This document shows, in pieces, positions 1-8,553 of a stretch of DNA of 49,993 nucleotides; within the stretch, counting starts at the first letter, position 1, and each line of letters begins with the position of its first letter. The stretch is from positions 1 to 49,993 of IMG/VR virus record IMGVR_UViG_3300023105_001195. One strand, given 5' to 3'. This DNA is from a virus. Its lineage: Duplodnaviria > Caudoviricetes. The position numbers were made by a program, and so were the translations under genes. Below the pieces are notes generated by a model. That model was not told the origin of the DNA. It saw only the letters and a list, made by a program, of their open reading frames with translations, and ran no database searches.

Positions 1-644
1 GAATACTCACTAGCAACATCAGGCTTGATAGCATCACTCCAAGACTCGCCTGAAACGGAGAGTTTTGGGGAACACGAAAAAGTAACTTTAATTCTGTCAT
101 TGTTGTTGAGATAATTGTAGAAGTCGTCGTGTAACTGTTGTGTAGTGTTTGTTTCAATTGTGACATTTTTTAAATCCTGCATGCGTGGATGTTCAAATAG
201 TTCTACGTATAGTCGTTGCCACGCTAACAACGGCTCACCACCAGTTAAGATCAAATGTACATCTTGTCCATTATCCATAGTCCATTTACCCTCAGGGGTA
301 AGTGAAAGTAAATGTTCTACTACTTCATCAATAGTAGCCAATTTGTTAAAGTCTTTGAACTCTGGATAGATACTAGCATATGTATCACAACCTGTGTGTA
401 CAATAGGCAAGTCTTCAAACTTTTCAGTCTTTTCTACAATTCCGTCATCTAACAATGCTTTTACTTCTGCATTGTAGCGATTACCGTCTGCGTGTTGTTT
501 CCAGCGATCACCTACGCTTTTATCAACACCAAAATTCATACAACGGAAGTTGCAACCGAATGTACGTAGGAATACACTGGGCACTCCTACGTATTTACCT
601 TCACCTTGTACTGAATAAAATGCTTCACTATATCTAAGTTTCAT
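1..644 (-). CDS. queE: 7-carboxy-7-deazaguanine synthase (radical SAM), runs off the window start
   Basis: Not in the ORF track. Manual translation from ATG at 644: [35 protein letters not shown]...GCDT...LILTGGEPL...IETN...SPKL, all QueE hallmarks. Confidence 0.93.
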   Translation of the reverse strand, partial: MKLRYSEAFYSVQGEGKYVGVPSVFLRTFGCNFRCMNFGVDKSVGDRWKQHADGNRYNAEVKALLDDGIVEKTEKFEDLPIVHTGCDTYASIYPEFKDFNKLATIDEVVEHLLSLTPEGKWTMDNGQDVHLILTGGEPLLAWQRLYVELFEHPRMQDLKNVTIETNTTQQLHDDFYNYLNNNDRIKVTFSCSPKLSVSGESWSDAIKPDVASEY

Positions 645-864
645 TATCTTCTTTCTTTTTTATCTGCCATGCACCAGGAGTTATTTCTTCCCATATTAGT
701 GTATCGCCATCATCCCAACCAACTTGGTTGAGCATTTCTGGAGGCAGTTCAACATACAATTCTTTGTCTTTACCGTTTTCTTGTACAGTAACGACCCAAT
801 TATTATCTCTTAGTTTACGATATGGTTCTTTATTTGTCAACTGCTTCTTCCTCTGCACGAGCAC
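634..864 (-). CDS. AbrB/MazE-like swapped-hairpin small protein
   Basis: [24 protein letters not shown] matches the AbrB-type pattern; exact start uncertain. Confidence 0.55.
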   Translation of the reverse strand: MLVQRKKQLTNKEPYRKLRDNNWVVTVQENGKDKELYVELPPEMLNQVGWDDGDTLIWEEITPGAWQIKKKEDNET

Positions 865-1618
865 GTTTATCAGCTAGCTCATCATCATAGTATTCCCACA
901 TTTCATCCCACATATCTTTATCTGTTTCTTCATTAATATGTGGATCTTCCCAACGTTTGTTAAACCATGCTACATGTGCATAATAACCTTTGCCACGACT
1001 GTCTACAAAATCATAGTCACAATCGTATTCTACTTTGTTATACCACAAACGTTCAATCATTTCCCCATGGTCAGTCTCTACCGTGCTAACTGCAACTAAG
1101 TCTGGATTAAACTCTTCTCCATCCTCTAGTTCAATACACCAACCGCCAAAGTCACCTTTTTCTGCACTATAAAAGACAAGTACTGGCACACTGTCATCTT
1201 GATCAGGTTCTTCGTTTTGGTATTCTTCTTGTGTGTAACATTCACGTGAATACAATTGATGTGGTTCAAAATCAATTCGTGTATCCCAATCATAATCAGG
1301 ATATTCGCCACTTTCATCAAAATCAAATGCCATGAGTTCAGTACCGTTACCACTGGTATCATGATGGATCTCATCACATTCATACCAGTTATTCCAGTGC
1401 TCGCCGTCAGCATAAATTGCTGGGCTATCTGGATCAAATCCTTCTTCTTCCTCTGGCGTACCATCCCAGGATTCTAATGCCATTAGATGCTGAATTAGAC
1501 GATCATCGCCTTCTTCTTTTACAATAGGCTGCCAGTATTCTACAAACTCTTTTGTAACTTCGCCAATTGTCATTTCTCCGCCATAGTTACTAGCACGGAT
1601 CCAAATTTTCTTACCCAT
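830..1618 (-). CDS. acidic hypothetical protein
   Basis: Long ORF; start moved to MGKKIW at 1618 (GGAG upstream, overlaps previous stop). Confidence 0.75.
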   Translation of the reverse strand: MGKKIWIRASNYGGEMTIGEVTKEFVEYWQPIVKEEGDDRLIQHLMALESWDGTPEEEEGFDPDSPAIYADGEHWNNWYECDEIHHDTSGNGTELMAFDFDESGEYPDYDWDTRIDFEPHQLYSRECYTQEEYQNEEPDQDDSVPVLVFYSAEKGDFGGWCIELEDGEEFNPDLVAVSTVETDHGEMIERLWYNKVEYDCDYDFVDSRGKGYYAHVAWFNKRWEDPHINEETDKDMWDEMWEYYDDELADKRARAEEEAVDK

Positions 1619-1856
1619 TTTCTTTCTCCCAATGGACATCTTCTACATAGTTAATTAAGTTGCTAAATCCAATTTGCATAGGACTATATTCATTTAGTTC
1701 ATCTCTAAATGCTTCGATTTCTTCTAGTTGTTCTGGTGTAAGTTCATCTACTTCTTCAATACCGTAGTGTTCACACACATATTCATATACACTGTCAGTA
1801 ACATCACGTTCGATGTTTTCTTCCCATTTGTGTATTCTATTCCATTCAAAACTCAT
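1611..1856 (-). CDS. hypothetical protein
   Basis: 81 aa ORF tightly packed with neighbours (ATGA overlap). Confidence 0.7.
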   Translation of the reverse strand: MSFEWNRIHKWEENIERDVTDSVYEYVCEHYGIEEVDELTPEQLEEIEAFRDELNEYSPMQIGFSNLINYVEDVHWEKENG

Positions 1857-2017
1857 TTGTCTGGTCCTTCACAGTATGCTACTTCGCTTTCAGTAAATGA
1901 AGTTTCTAAAACTGCTTGTTCAATATGACAACTCATAGCAGTTTCAAAAGTTTCATAACGAGTGTATTTAGGTTCTGCGCTTTCAATAACGCTACTAATA
2001 ATCCAAAGTGTCCACAT
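1853..2017 (-). CDS. hypothetical protein
   Basis: Start MWTLW at 2017, TAATG coupling, GGAG upstream. Confidence 0.6.
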   Translation of the reverse strand: MWTLWIISSVIESAEPKYTRYETFETAMSCHIEQAVLETSFTESEVAYCEGPDK

Positions 2018-2172
2018 TACGGATTCTCCTTGATCCAAACACATTCTGAAATATCTTCTGGTGTCGTGTACATACGCTTACATTGTTCGTATGGGTTCAG
2101 TGTATCAGCAAGTTCAAACCCTGCTAAAAACGAACCCAACATTAAAAACACCATTACAACAGTAATCTTCAT
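2017..2172 (-). CDS. small hypothetical protein with N-terminal hydrophobic segment
   Basis: Below the ORF-track cutoff. MKITVVMVFLMLGSFLAGF...WIKENP (51 aa) exactly fills the gap, coupled at both ends. Confidence 0.6.
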   Translation of the reverse strand: MKITVVMVFLMLGSFLAGFELADTLNPYEQCKRMYTTPEDISECVWIKENP

Positions 2173-2333
2173 CCTTGCTGTGCCTTATGCTGTGCAATAC
2201 TTGCTGCTTTTGCGAGCTCACTAAAACGATCTGCAATCATACGCATTTCACTTTCTGTTAAATTAGCAGCACCAAACTGCCCAACTGTGCGAGCAATATC
2301 GTGCAGTTTAATTACCATTTCACCATCAGTCAT
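2169..2333 (-). CDS. hypothetical protein
   Basis: MTDGEMVIKLHDIAR...; likely start 2333 overlapping the upstream stop. Confidence 0.6.
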   Translation of the reverse strand: MTDGEMVIKLHDIARTVGQFGAANLTESEMRMIADRFSELAKAASIAQHKAQQG

Positions 2334-2745
2334 TTTTTGTCCTTTCTGATACTCGCCTACGCAAGTCACTACTTGAAAAGCGGTGTTCACGTTTATTAAA
2401 ATACAGCTGGATACCCCGCTTTTTGCAAATATCCTTGCCCGTAAAATCCTTTTGTTTGTACTCTTCGCCCATGATTTTAACATCAATATGGTACATTGTC
2501 AAGATGTCTTCTAAATCTTTTTCAGTACAATAAGGTACAATTTCATCTACATAACTTAATCCTTTAAGTTGGGTATAGCGTTCTACAATAGATTGAATAG
2601 GACTATTTTTACTAGCCCTATCAACACTTGGATCTAACTGTAACCCAACTAAAAGATAATCACACTGGTCTCTTGCTTCACGTAGCATTTGTACGTGTCC
2701 TGCATGTAGCAAATCAAATGCACCAGCAGTGAACCCTACTATCAT
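2326..2745 (-). CDS. cytidylyltransferase, TagD/glycerol-3-phosphate cytidylyltransferase-like
   Basis: GAFDLLHAGH (HxGH) motif, LLVGL, ER..L, C-terminal FSSSDLR. Confidence 0.85.
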   Translation of the reverse strand: MIVGFTAGAFDLLHAGHVQMLREARDQCDYLLVGLQLDPSVDRASKNSPIQSIVERYTQLKGLSYVDEIVPYCTEKDLEDILTMYHIDVKIMGEEYKQKDFTGKDICKKRGIQLYFNKREHRFSSSDLRRRVSERTKND

Positions 2746-2988
2746 TTAATCACCTATAAACTTAATATTTGTAGCATTTAATAAATCTAGTAATTTACGT
2801 CTTGCTTGATCTTTTGTAGCGGCTGGTACCCATGCTTTCCCATATCCTAAAAGATCTTCTGCATCACGTTCTAGTTCTAATTGAATATTACAATCAGTTG
2901 TTTTGTGCATACGTATTTGCATAGGAGTATTAAACTCTATAACATAAATTTGATCTTTTAGGATAAAAGGAATAACATTATCATTCAT
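2746..2988 (-). CDS. hypothetical protein
   Basis: 80 aa ORF abutting neighbours. Confidence 0.65.
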   Translation of the reverse strand: MNDNVIPFILKDQIYVIEFNTPMQIRMHKTTDCNIQLELERDAEDLLGYGKAWVPAATKDQARRKLLDLLNATNIKFIGD

Positions 2989-3538
2989 AAGGATATACCA
3001 ACCATACGTTATCTTCAGCTTTATTAACTTCGTCCCAGTGATAAGCTACTTCACCGAACTCACTAGATAGATTTTCAGTCATTACAGCAAATCTGACATT
3101 ATTGCCCCATACAGTATCCCAATTTGGATTATCTGGCAAGCATCCACTTTGCCAATCTTGTTTGATCCAGGCAAATGTAGCACCAGTGTCGTTGATGTCA
3201 TCTACAATGAGAATGTTTTTCTTAACATCTGGGTGACTTTCTAGACTATTCCAAACGTTGTCTCTATCCGGAACACTGACATATCCAAATGCATCTTCAG
3301 CCATCCACAGATTACTTTCACATCCGTCTTCACCATCAGATAAATCACGCAATTTAACTTTTAATGTTTCCATACGGATACCAGTCTTGTGACTTAACAG
3401 TACTGCTAGTGGCAGGCCGCCACGTGTTAACCCTACAATATAATCAGGACGCCAATTGTCCTTATACATTTGCATTGCAATGCTGTTAGCGGCTGTTTCC
3501 ACATCAGCCCAGGTATAAAACTTTTTAGGTATATTCAT
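2981..3538 (-). CDS. type I purine phosphoribosyltransferase (Gpt/HPRT-like)
   Basis: IVGLTRGGL, PRPP-binding ILIVDDINDTGAT, C-terminal WLVYPYE. Confidence 0.88.
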   Translation of the reverse strand: MNIPKKFYTWADVETAANSIAMQMYKDNWRPDYIVGLTRGGLPLAVLLSHKTGIRMETLKVKLRDLSDGEDGCESNLWMAEDAFGYVSVPDRDNVWNSLESHPDVKKNILIVDDINDTGATFAWIKQDWQSGCLPDNPNWDTVWGNNVRFAVMTENLSSEFGEVAYHWDEVNKAEDNVWLVYPYE

Positions 3539-3547
3539 GTTGTCCTC

Positions 3548-3814
3548 TTAAAATGGAATTTCATCATCAAAGTCTTGTTCAAAATACAATCCTTCTCCAA
3601 GTAACTGTGGTACACGCTCGTTCATTAACTTTTCAGAAACCAATACCTCAGTTATAATACGTTGCAAGTCTGGATATTTCTTACACAAATATCCTCCACG
3701 ATCTAACTTTAACAGCCAACCATACTCGCTGTCAAGCATTTCTTTTTCATCTTCTTGGCGCATTTTCCAAACCATCCAATCATAATACCTTTGCGGCTCA
3801 GCGTGATCTCTCAT
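3548..3814 (-). CDS. hypothetical protein
   Basis: 88 aa ORF with AGGAG upstream; ends in acidic DDEIPF. Confidence 0.65.
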   Translation of the reverse strand: MRDHAEPQRYYDWMVWKMRQEDEKEMLDSEYGWLLKLDRGGYLCKKYPDLQRIITEVLVSEKLMNERVPQLLGEGLYFEQDFDDEIPF

Positions 3815-3830
3815 CTTTAACTCCTGGCAA

Positions 3831-3854
3831 GGAAAGGGCCCGAAGGCCCTATCC
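3831..3854 (-). terminator. C(UUCG)G tetraloop hairpin, probable terminator or processing stem
   Basis: Minus strand AGGGCC-TTCG-GGCCCT right after the yhhQ stop. U-tract is short on minus; a T-run follows on plus. Confidence 0.6.
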
Positions 3855-3858
3855 TTTT

Positions 3859-4458
3859 TTATTGTTCTCGTAATTTACCACTAATCAGTTTAAGTAGTAT
3901 GCCATATGCTGGCAAGAACAAAACAAGTCCAACTACAATTTTAAGTACGACTTGCGAACCTGCAATTTCCATCCAGTTAGCAGCCATATACTCGTCTGCA
4001 CTATTATTAAACGCTACAGCAAAGAATGTATACGTGTCAATAATGTTGGCAACAACTGTTGACAATGCTGGTGCAAGCCACCATGCACGGTAGCGTTCAC
4101 GTAGGTATTGGAATACATATACATCAAGCATTGTGCCTACAGCATAAGCAGTTGCTGATGCAAATCCAATACGTAGTGCTACACTTTCAGGAGCACCTTC
4201 TGCAAGTACTACAGCAATAGATCCAATAATTGCAAACGGATATGCTGCCGCAATTGTCGCTCGTGCAATACCTTTACCTAGCATACGAACAGTTAAGTCA
4301 GTTGCTAGGACAACGATTGGGAACGTAAACGCCGCCCAAGTAAGTTTAACACCTGCAATTTCTACTGGAATTGCCACAAGTGCATTACTGATTACGATTA
4401 CTACAACATGCAACAGTGCAAGTTTTAGCATCATACTTTTATCAATGTCTTTAAACAT
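3859..4458 (-). CDS. yhhQ: queuosine-precursor (preQ0/preQ1) transporter, YhhQ/DUF165 family
   Basis: Multi-TM protein with ISNALV, TWAAFTFP..LATDLT, RIGFASATAY..G..LDV..F, DT..FF..AF motifs; adjacent to folE. Confidence 0.9.
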   Translation of the reverse strand: MFKDIDKSMMLKLALLHVVVIVISNALVAIPVEIAGVKLTWAAFTFPIVVLATDLTVRMLGKGIARATIAAAYPFAIIGSIAVVLAEGAPESVALRIGFASATAYAVGTMLDVYVFQYLRERYRAWWLAPALSTVVANIIDTYTFFAVAFNNSADEYMAANWMEIAGSQVVLKIVVGLVLFLPAYGILLKLISGKLREQ

Positions 4459-4474
4459 ATTTTCCTCTTTCTAG

Positions 4475-5164
4475 TTAACGTGGTGCGAATTCTTGTTGTA
4501 GTTTAATGTTATCAAAGAATTCTTTTTTGCATCCTGGATCAGTATGGAAACTACCTTCCAGCACAGTTGTTTGTGTTAAACTACTGTGAGCCATAATGCC
4601 TCGATTCTCACAACAACCATGTGTTGCTTGAATATAAACAGCAACATTTTCACTTCCTGTTGCTGCCATTATTTCACGAGCAATATCATTTGCAAGTTCT
4701 TCTTGCAGCGTACCACGGCGAGCGCACCACTGTGCTATACGTGTATACTTGGATAAGCCGATCAATTTCTCTGCCGCAATAATACCAATATATGCGACAC
4801 CAGTAACTGGTTGATGATGATGTGAACACACACTTTTGAGTTCACTACGTACAACCAGCATGCCTTTGTATCCTTCTTCTACATGATTAGGAAAGGCAGT
4901 TGCATTAGGCTTGGGATCATATCGCCCAGCCATAAGTTCGTTAATATACATTTTTGCCAAACGGCGACCTGTGTCCATGCTGTTTGGATCTGTATGTCGA
5001 TCAATAACTAAACTGTCAAGTACAGCTTCAAATTTAGGCGTAAGTTCTTCAATAAGACCTTCTTTATCGCCTTTTTGCATTATTTCACTGATGTTATCAC
5101 CAGCCCAATAACGTATTCCAGCGTCTTCAAGACGTTGTTTTAAAATTTCGGAAGTATTTCTCAT
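4475..5164 (-). CDS. folE: GTP cyclohydrolase I
   Basis: SVCSHH, IGLSKYTRI, RRGTLQE, ATHGCCENRG Zn-ligand motifs. Confidence 0.95.
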   Translation of the reverse strand: MRNTSEILKQRLEDAGIRYWAGDNISEIMQKGDKEGLIEELTPKFEAVLDSLVIDRHTDPNSMDTGRRLAKMYINELMAGRYDPKPNATAFPNHVEEGYKGMLVVRSELKSVCSHHHQPVTGVAYIGIIAAEKLIGLSKYTRIAQWCARRGTLQEELANDIAREIMAATGSENVAVYIQATHGCCENRGIMAHSSLTQTTVLEGSFHTDPGCKKEFFDNIKLQQEFAPR

Positions 5165-6240
5165 GCACTAAGTTCCCTTTTCTTCAAAATATTGTTAATC
5201 ATAACATTGCTATTTAGATATTTGTCTATCAAAATACGCTGTTGTTGTTTTATTAATACTGCATACTTTTCTGGATTGTCGATACGTTCATTAATAAACT
5301 GTGTTAAGTTTTCACGATTTTCCTGATATGCTTCATAACTTTCAGTCCAAGCACTGGGATACTTAAACTCTGGCAAATACATTTCACGATAGCTAGCACG
5401 ATCTGGAACAATAGGAATGGCTCCTGTTAGTACAGCTTCCATAACACTAATGCCCAAGTTTTCATGTAGTGCGCAACTAAAGATTGCAACACTGCTAGCC
5501 AGTGTTTCATAGTATTCTTGTTTGTTTAAATTCATATTCTGTGTAATTACCATATCATAATCTTCTGCCAAGTCTTCAGCAATTTCAGGCTGTTTATCAG
5601 CATTATAACGATGTGGCCACATAATACGCTTTTGTTTTTCTACAACTTGCAGTTCACGTAAGCCGTCAACAATAAGCTCATGTGGTTGTCCACTGCGTAC
5701 AGCTTTTGTGCTATACCCTTGTGGAATTTGCAAATTACGTAAAAACATTGTTTTATGAAATTCAGTTGCATAGTAGTTGTAATCACTACTATAGAACCAA
5801 CTCTTTTCAGCCTCCCAGGGCCATGGCTTTTGCATCTTGTATCCCAATATGTCACTGGGATCATAAGCACCTGCATGCCAGATACTGTGTATTTCTACTG
5901 GAGTATCCAACAAATCACTCATGTATTTAATTGGTGTAATAATAAAGTTCCAAGCATCAGTTACTAAAAATTTGTCACCTGCCTTTACTTTTCCTTGACT
6001 GAACAAGCGACTTACTTCAGCCGCTTGTGTTGCTTTATATACATTAGTAGCACCAAAATCTAAAAACGCACCCGCAGTGCGATTGTCTGGTTTAAAGTCT
6101 TCACCATCAATTGTTACAACTTTATAATCCAAATCACGTTCAGCAATCTTGCGTTCAAGCATTACTGGAATATTGTCATACCATTGTTTTGTATAACGCT
6201 GGTCAATTGGCTCAATTGGAATAATCCAAATCGTATTCAT
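5161..6240 (-). CDS. GT-B glycosyltransferase (GT4-like; GTDC1/QTMAN-like motifs)
   Basis: WPHR...DK.P and HENLGISVMEA...GAIPIVPD..SY.EM nucleotide-sugar binding signature. Confidence 0.8.
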   Translation of the reverse strand: MNTIWIIPIEPIDQRYTKQWYDNIPVMLERKIAERDLDYKVVTIDGEDFKPDNRTAGAFLDFGATNVYKATQAAEVSRLFSQGKVKAGDKFLVTDAWNFIITPIKYMSDLLDTPVEIHSIWHAGAYDPSDILGYKMQKPWPWEAEKSWFYSSDYNYYATEFHKTMFLRNLQIPQGYSTKAVRSGQPHELIVDGLRELQVVEKQKRIMWPHRYNADKQPEIAEDLAEDYDMVITQNMNLNKQEYYETLASSVAIFSCALHENLGISVMEAVLTGAIPIVPDRASYREMYLPEFKYPSAWTESYEAYQENRENLTQFINERIDNPEKYAVLIKQQQRILIDKYLNSNVMINNILKKRELSA

Positions 6241-7036
6241 TCTTTTCTTCTTCCGTCATACCATAATAAGGATCTACACCGTGTCTCTCAATATCTTCTT
6301 CGATACAGTTAGTTCCATATTGTATTTCTACTACTCTTACTTCTTTTTCAGTATTATTGCATAATTGATGCCAAGTGTCAACTGGAATCTCCAGTGTATC
6401 GTGTTTATGTAATTCTACTGTTCTTGGGGTTTCTGGATCATCCAAGTTAACAGTTGCAACCCCATAACTTACGTGCCAGTGTTCGCTACGTTCTGCATGT
6501 TTTTGCATACTGAGTTTTGCGCCTGGATTGACTGTTAATTCTTTAACTTTAACTTGTGGCCCATCACTGTGTAGGTTACGATAATATCCCCAAACACGCT
6601 CTGTTTTAGGAGATTTCCATTCTTGAAGAATCCAGCTACTACTATTCTTCTTGTCTTCGCCCCCTACACCAAATTCAAACGTTAGCCGTTCGTCTTGAAT
6701 ACGCATTTCAGGGATATTATCGTTAGTGCGATCACCACCATTAGCAAAAATGATGTCGCTATAACTGTACATATCTAGAACCTGTTGGATTGCATCACAT
6801 GCACTGCCATCAGTGTCATCAAACTTAATGACACGATCTACACTTTTAATGTTTTCTACAATTTTTGACCTTTCTTCCCAGGGCATAAACTCTTGCCCCT
6901 TTTTCCGCTTTAGCCAATCATCGCTGTTAACACCAACAACAAGCATGTCACCAAGACGTCTTGCTGCATCAAAATATGCAATGTGTCCACTATGTAGTGG
7001 ATCAAATCCACCAGTTACTAGAACAATACGGTTCAT
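6212..7036 (-). CDS. bifunctional cytidylyltransferase-fold / mannose-6-phosphate-isomerase-type cupin protein
   Basis: N-term GGFDPLHSGH, GVNSD.WL.RKKG, FANGGDR, NSSS; C-term RVWGYY, LSMQKH..RSEHW, WHQL, EIQYG..C.EEDIER as in type II PMI cupin. Confidence 0.85.
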   Translation of the reverse strand: MNRIVLVTGGFDPLHSGHIAYFDAARRLGDMLVVGVNSDDWLKRKKGQEFMPWEERSKIVENIKSVDRVIKFDDTDGSACDAIQQVLDMYSYSDIIFANGGDRTNDNIPEMRIQDERLTFEFGVGGEDKKNSSSWILQEWKSPKTERVWGYYRNLHSDGPQVKVKELTVNPGAKLSMQKHAERSEHWHVSYGVATVNLDDPETPRTVELHKHDTLEIPVDTWHQLCNNTEKEVRVVEIQYGTNCIEEDIERHGVDPYYGMTEEEKNEYDLDYSN

Positions 7037-8544
7037 TATACCTCCAGTGCTTCTAAAAACTCTTCTGCTGCTTCTTCTTGTTCAGCAGTCATTTCATCAA
7101 AGTCATCCAATAGTTTATCTTGTACTGCAAACAGATCATTAAAACTGTTTGTAGATGTTGCCAAACTCTTTTGGCCATTAAAGTTAGCAAGCATAGGTGC
7201 TGCTTCTTCCAGTAGTGTCATAGGAGTTTCACTTTTAAACAGTTCTTCAATAAAGTTAACCATGTAAATGATATTACGTGGAACATATGGATCAAACTGT
7301 CGTTGCTTTTCCTGTTTAGGAGTCAGCTTCTCCCAGTGCTTGTGATTCGTATCAATAGTTGCTGCACAGATATCAGTTAGTGCATTAGCACGTTGTACAC
7401 TTTCAATATGCTGATACACATTGTGTGACATTAGCAAGAAATAGCTGAAACTATCCCAACTAGTTTTACCTTCTTTACCTACCTTGTTAAGCATACCTGG
7501 TGCATAGTGACAAATATCTCCAAGTGTCATACGCTCACCAATTGGCGATCCCCAGGGAAACGGACGTTTACTGCCACTTAAACGTTTGTCGTCCATTGCT
7601 TTTTCCATAACATACATAAATCTATCGTTCTTATGAATATGTTGTGTATACAATGTACCGTTTGCTGTAGCCAAGAACGGCGAAGCACAGTCAAACATAA
7701 CTTCAATATCACTGTTAACATGCTCACGCAGTGCACGTTTGATTGCAGTATATGCTGCTGCCCACTCCAGTCTACTAATACCCAAGTAGTGGAGTACATC
7801 ACGCTTACCACGCTCTAGTTGCTTGTCATCACGCATCTTAATAAGTGTACGCAATACAATGTTGATATCATTTTTAGCACTACCACCAAAAGCAAACCCT
7901 TCCAAGTCATGCTTTTTCATAGTTTCATACCAGTGTTCTGCTTCAGCCCAGTTACGGCCCTGCATAACATTTAGATACTTTGTCTGATACTTACGATTAC
8001 GTTTAAACCACTCTACGTTAAAGTCTGTAAACTCCAAACACTGATTAAAACTTGTAATACCAGTGCGCTCAGTAAATGTAGGATCTGCTGCTAGTGTTGG
8101 AATATCCAGGATCATACTGTAGTCACCTGTATGTTCCAACCAGTTCAGGATCTTCTGACGTAGTGTGTCATCAGTTTTAAAGTTAGCCCAGTCACACTGG
8201 ATAACGCCTTTAATAATCTGGAAACCACCACTATCACATAACATAAAACTGTTATTGCGATCACGGCCCTGTACCATTGCATCATCTACATTGGCTTTAT
8301 CCAAGTTAAGTTGTGCGTGTCCTGCTGAATACAGCCCCCACTTATAACTATAATAAGCGTCTGGATTAAGGAAGTTACAACCTTCAATACCTTGTTCAAA
8401 TCCATCAGGAATACGATCAGCGGGCACTGCATTAGGATTGGCCCGCTGTTTTGCAATATAGTTGTTGTAGAACGTACTAATACTAGGCAGGAATACTGCA
8501 TAGTCTTCATTACGTTCTGTTAAATTAATTTTAGTAGCTGTCAT
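7036..8544 (-). CDS. dpdA: tRNA-guanine transglycosylase-like DNA base-exchange enzyme (DpdA, probably DpdA2-type)
   Basis: TGT motifs DSGGFQ, MILD, VMQG, FAFGG, HYLG, FDCASP, SHN; sits in a folE/queE cluster of a phage. Confidence 0.82.
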   Translation of the reverse strand: MTATKINLTERNEDYAVFLPSISTFYNNYIAKQRANPNAVPADRIPDGFEQGIEGCNFLNPDAYYSYKWGLYSAGHAQLNLDKANVDDAMVQGRDRNNSFMLCDSGGFQIIKGVIQCDWANFKTDDTLRQKILNWLEHTGDYSMILDIPTLAADPTFTERTGITSFNQCLEFTDFNVEWFKRNRKYQTKYLNVMQGRNWAEAEHWYETMKKHDLEGFAFGGSAKNDINIVLRTLIKMRDDKQLERGKRDVLHYLGISRLEWAAAYTAIKRALREHVNSDIEVMFDCASPFLATANGTLYTQHIHKNDRFMYVMEKAMDDKRLSGSKRPFPWGSPIGERMTLGDICHYAPGMLNKVGKEGKTSWDSFSYFLLMSHNVYQHIESVQRANALTDICAATIDTNHKHWEKLTPKQEKQRQFDPYVPRNIIYMVNFIEELFKSETPMTLLEEAAPMLANFNGQKSLATSTNSFNDLFAVQDKLLDDFDEMTAEQEEAAEEFLEALEV

Positions 8545-8553
8545 ATTTCTTCC

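Noticed and set aside
145-637. Plus-strand ORFs 145-369 and 455-637
   Set aside because: Antisense to queE, which is clearly the real gene.
4459-4474. preQ1 riboswitch upstream of yhhQ or elsewhere in the cluster
   Set aside because: Intergenic gaps are 16 bp or less and no preQ1-I consensus stem/A-rich tail was seen.
7036-8544. Calling this gene a tRNA-modifying tgt
   Set aside because: It lacks the CxCxxC zinc site of bacterial Tgt, is longer and sits with phage replication genes, so DNA-acting DpdA fits better; tRNA activity is not formally excluded.
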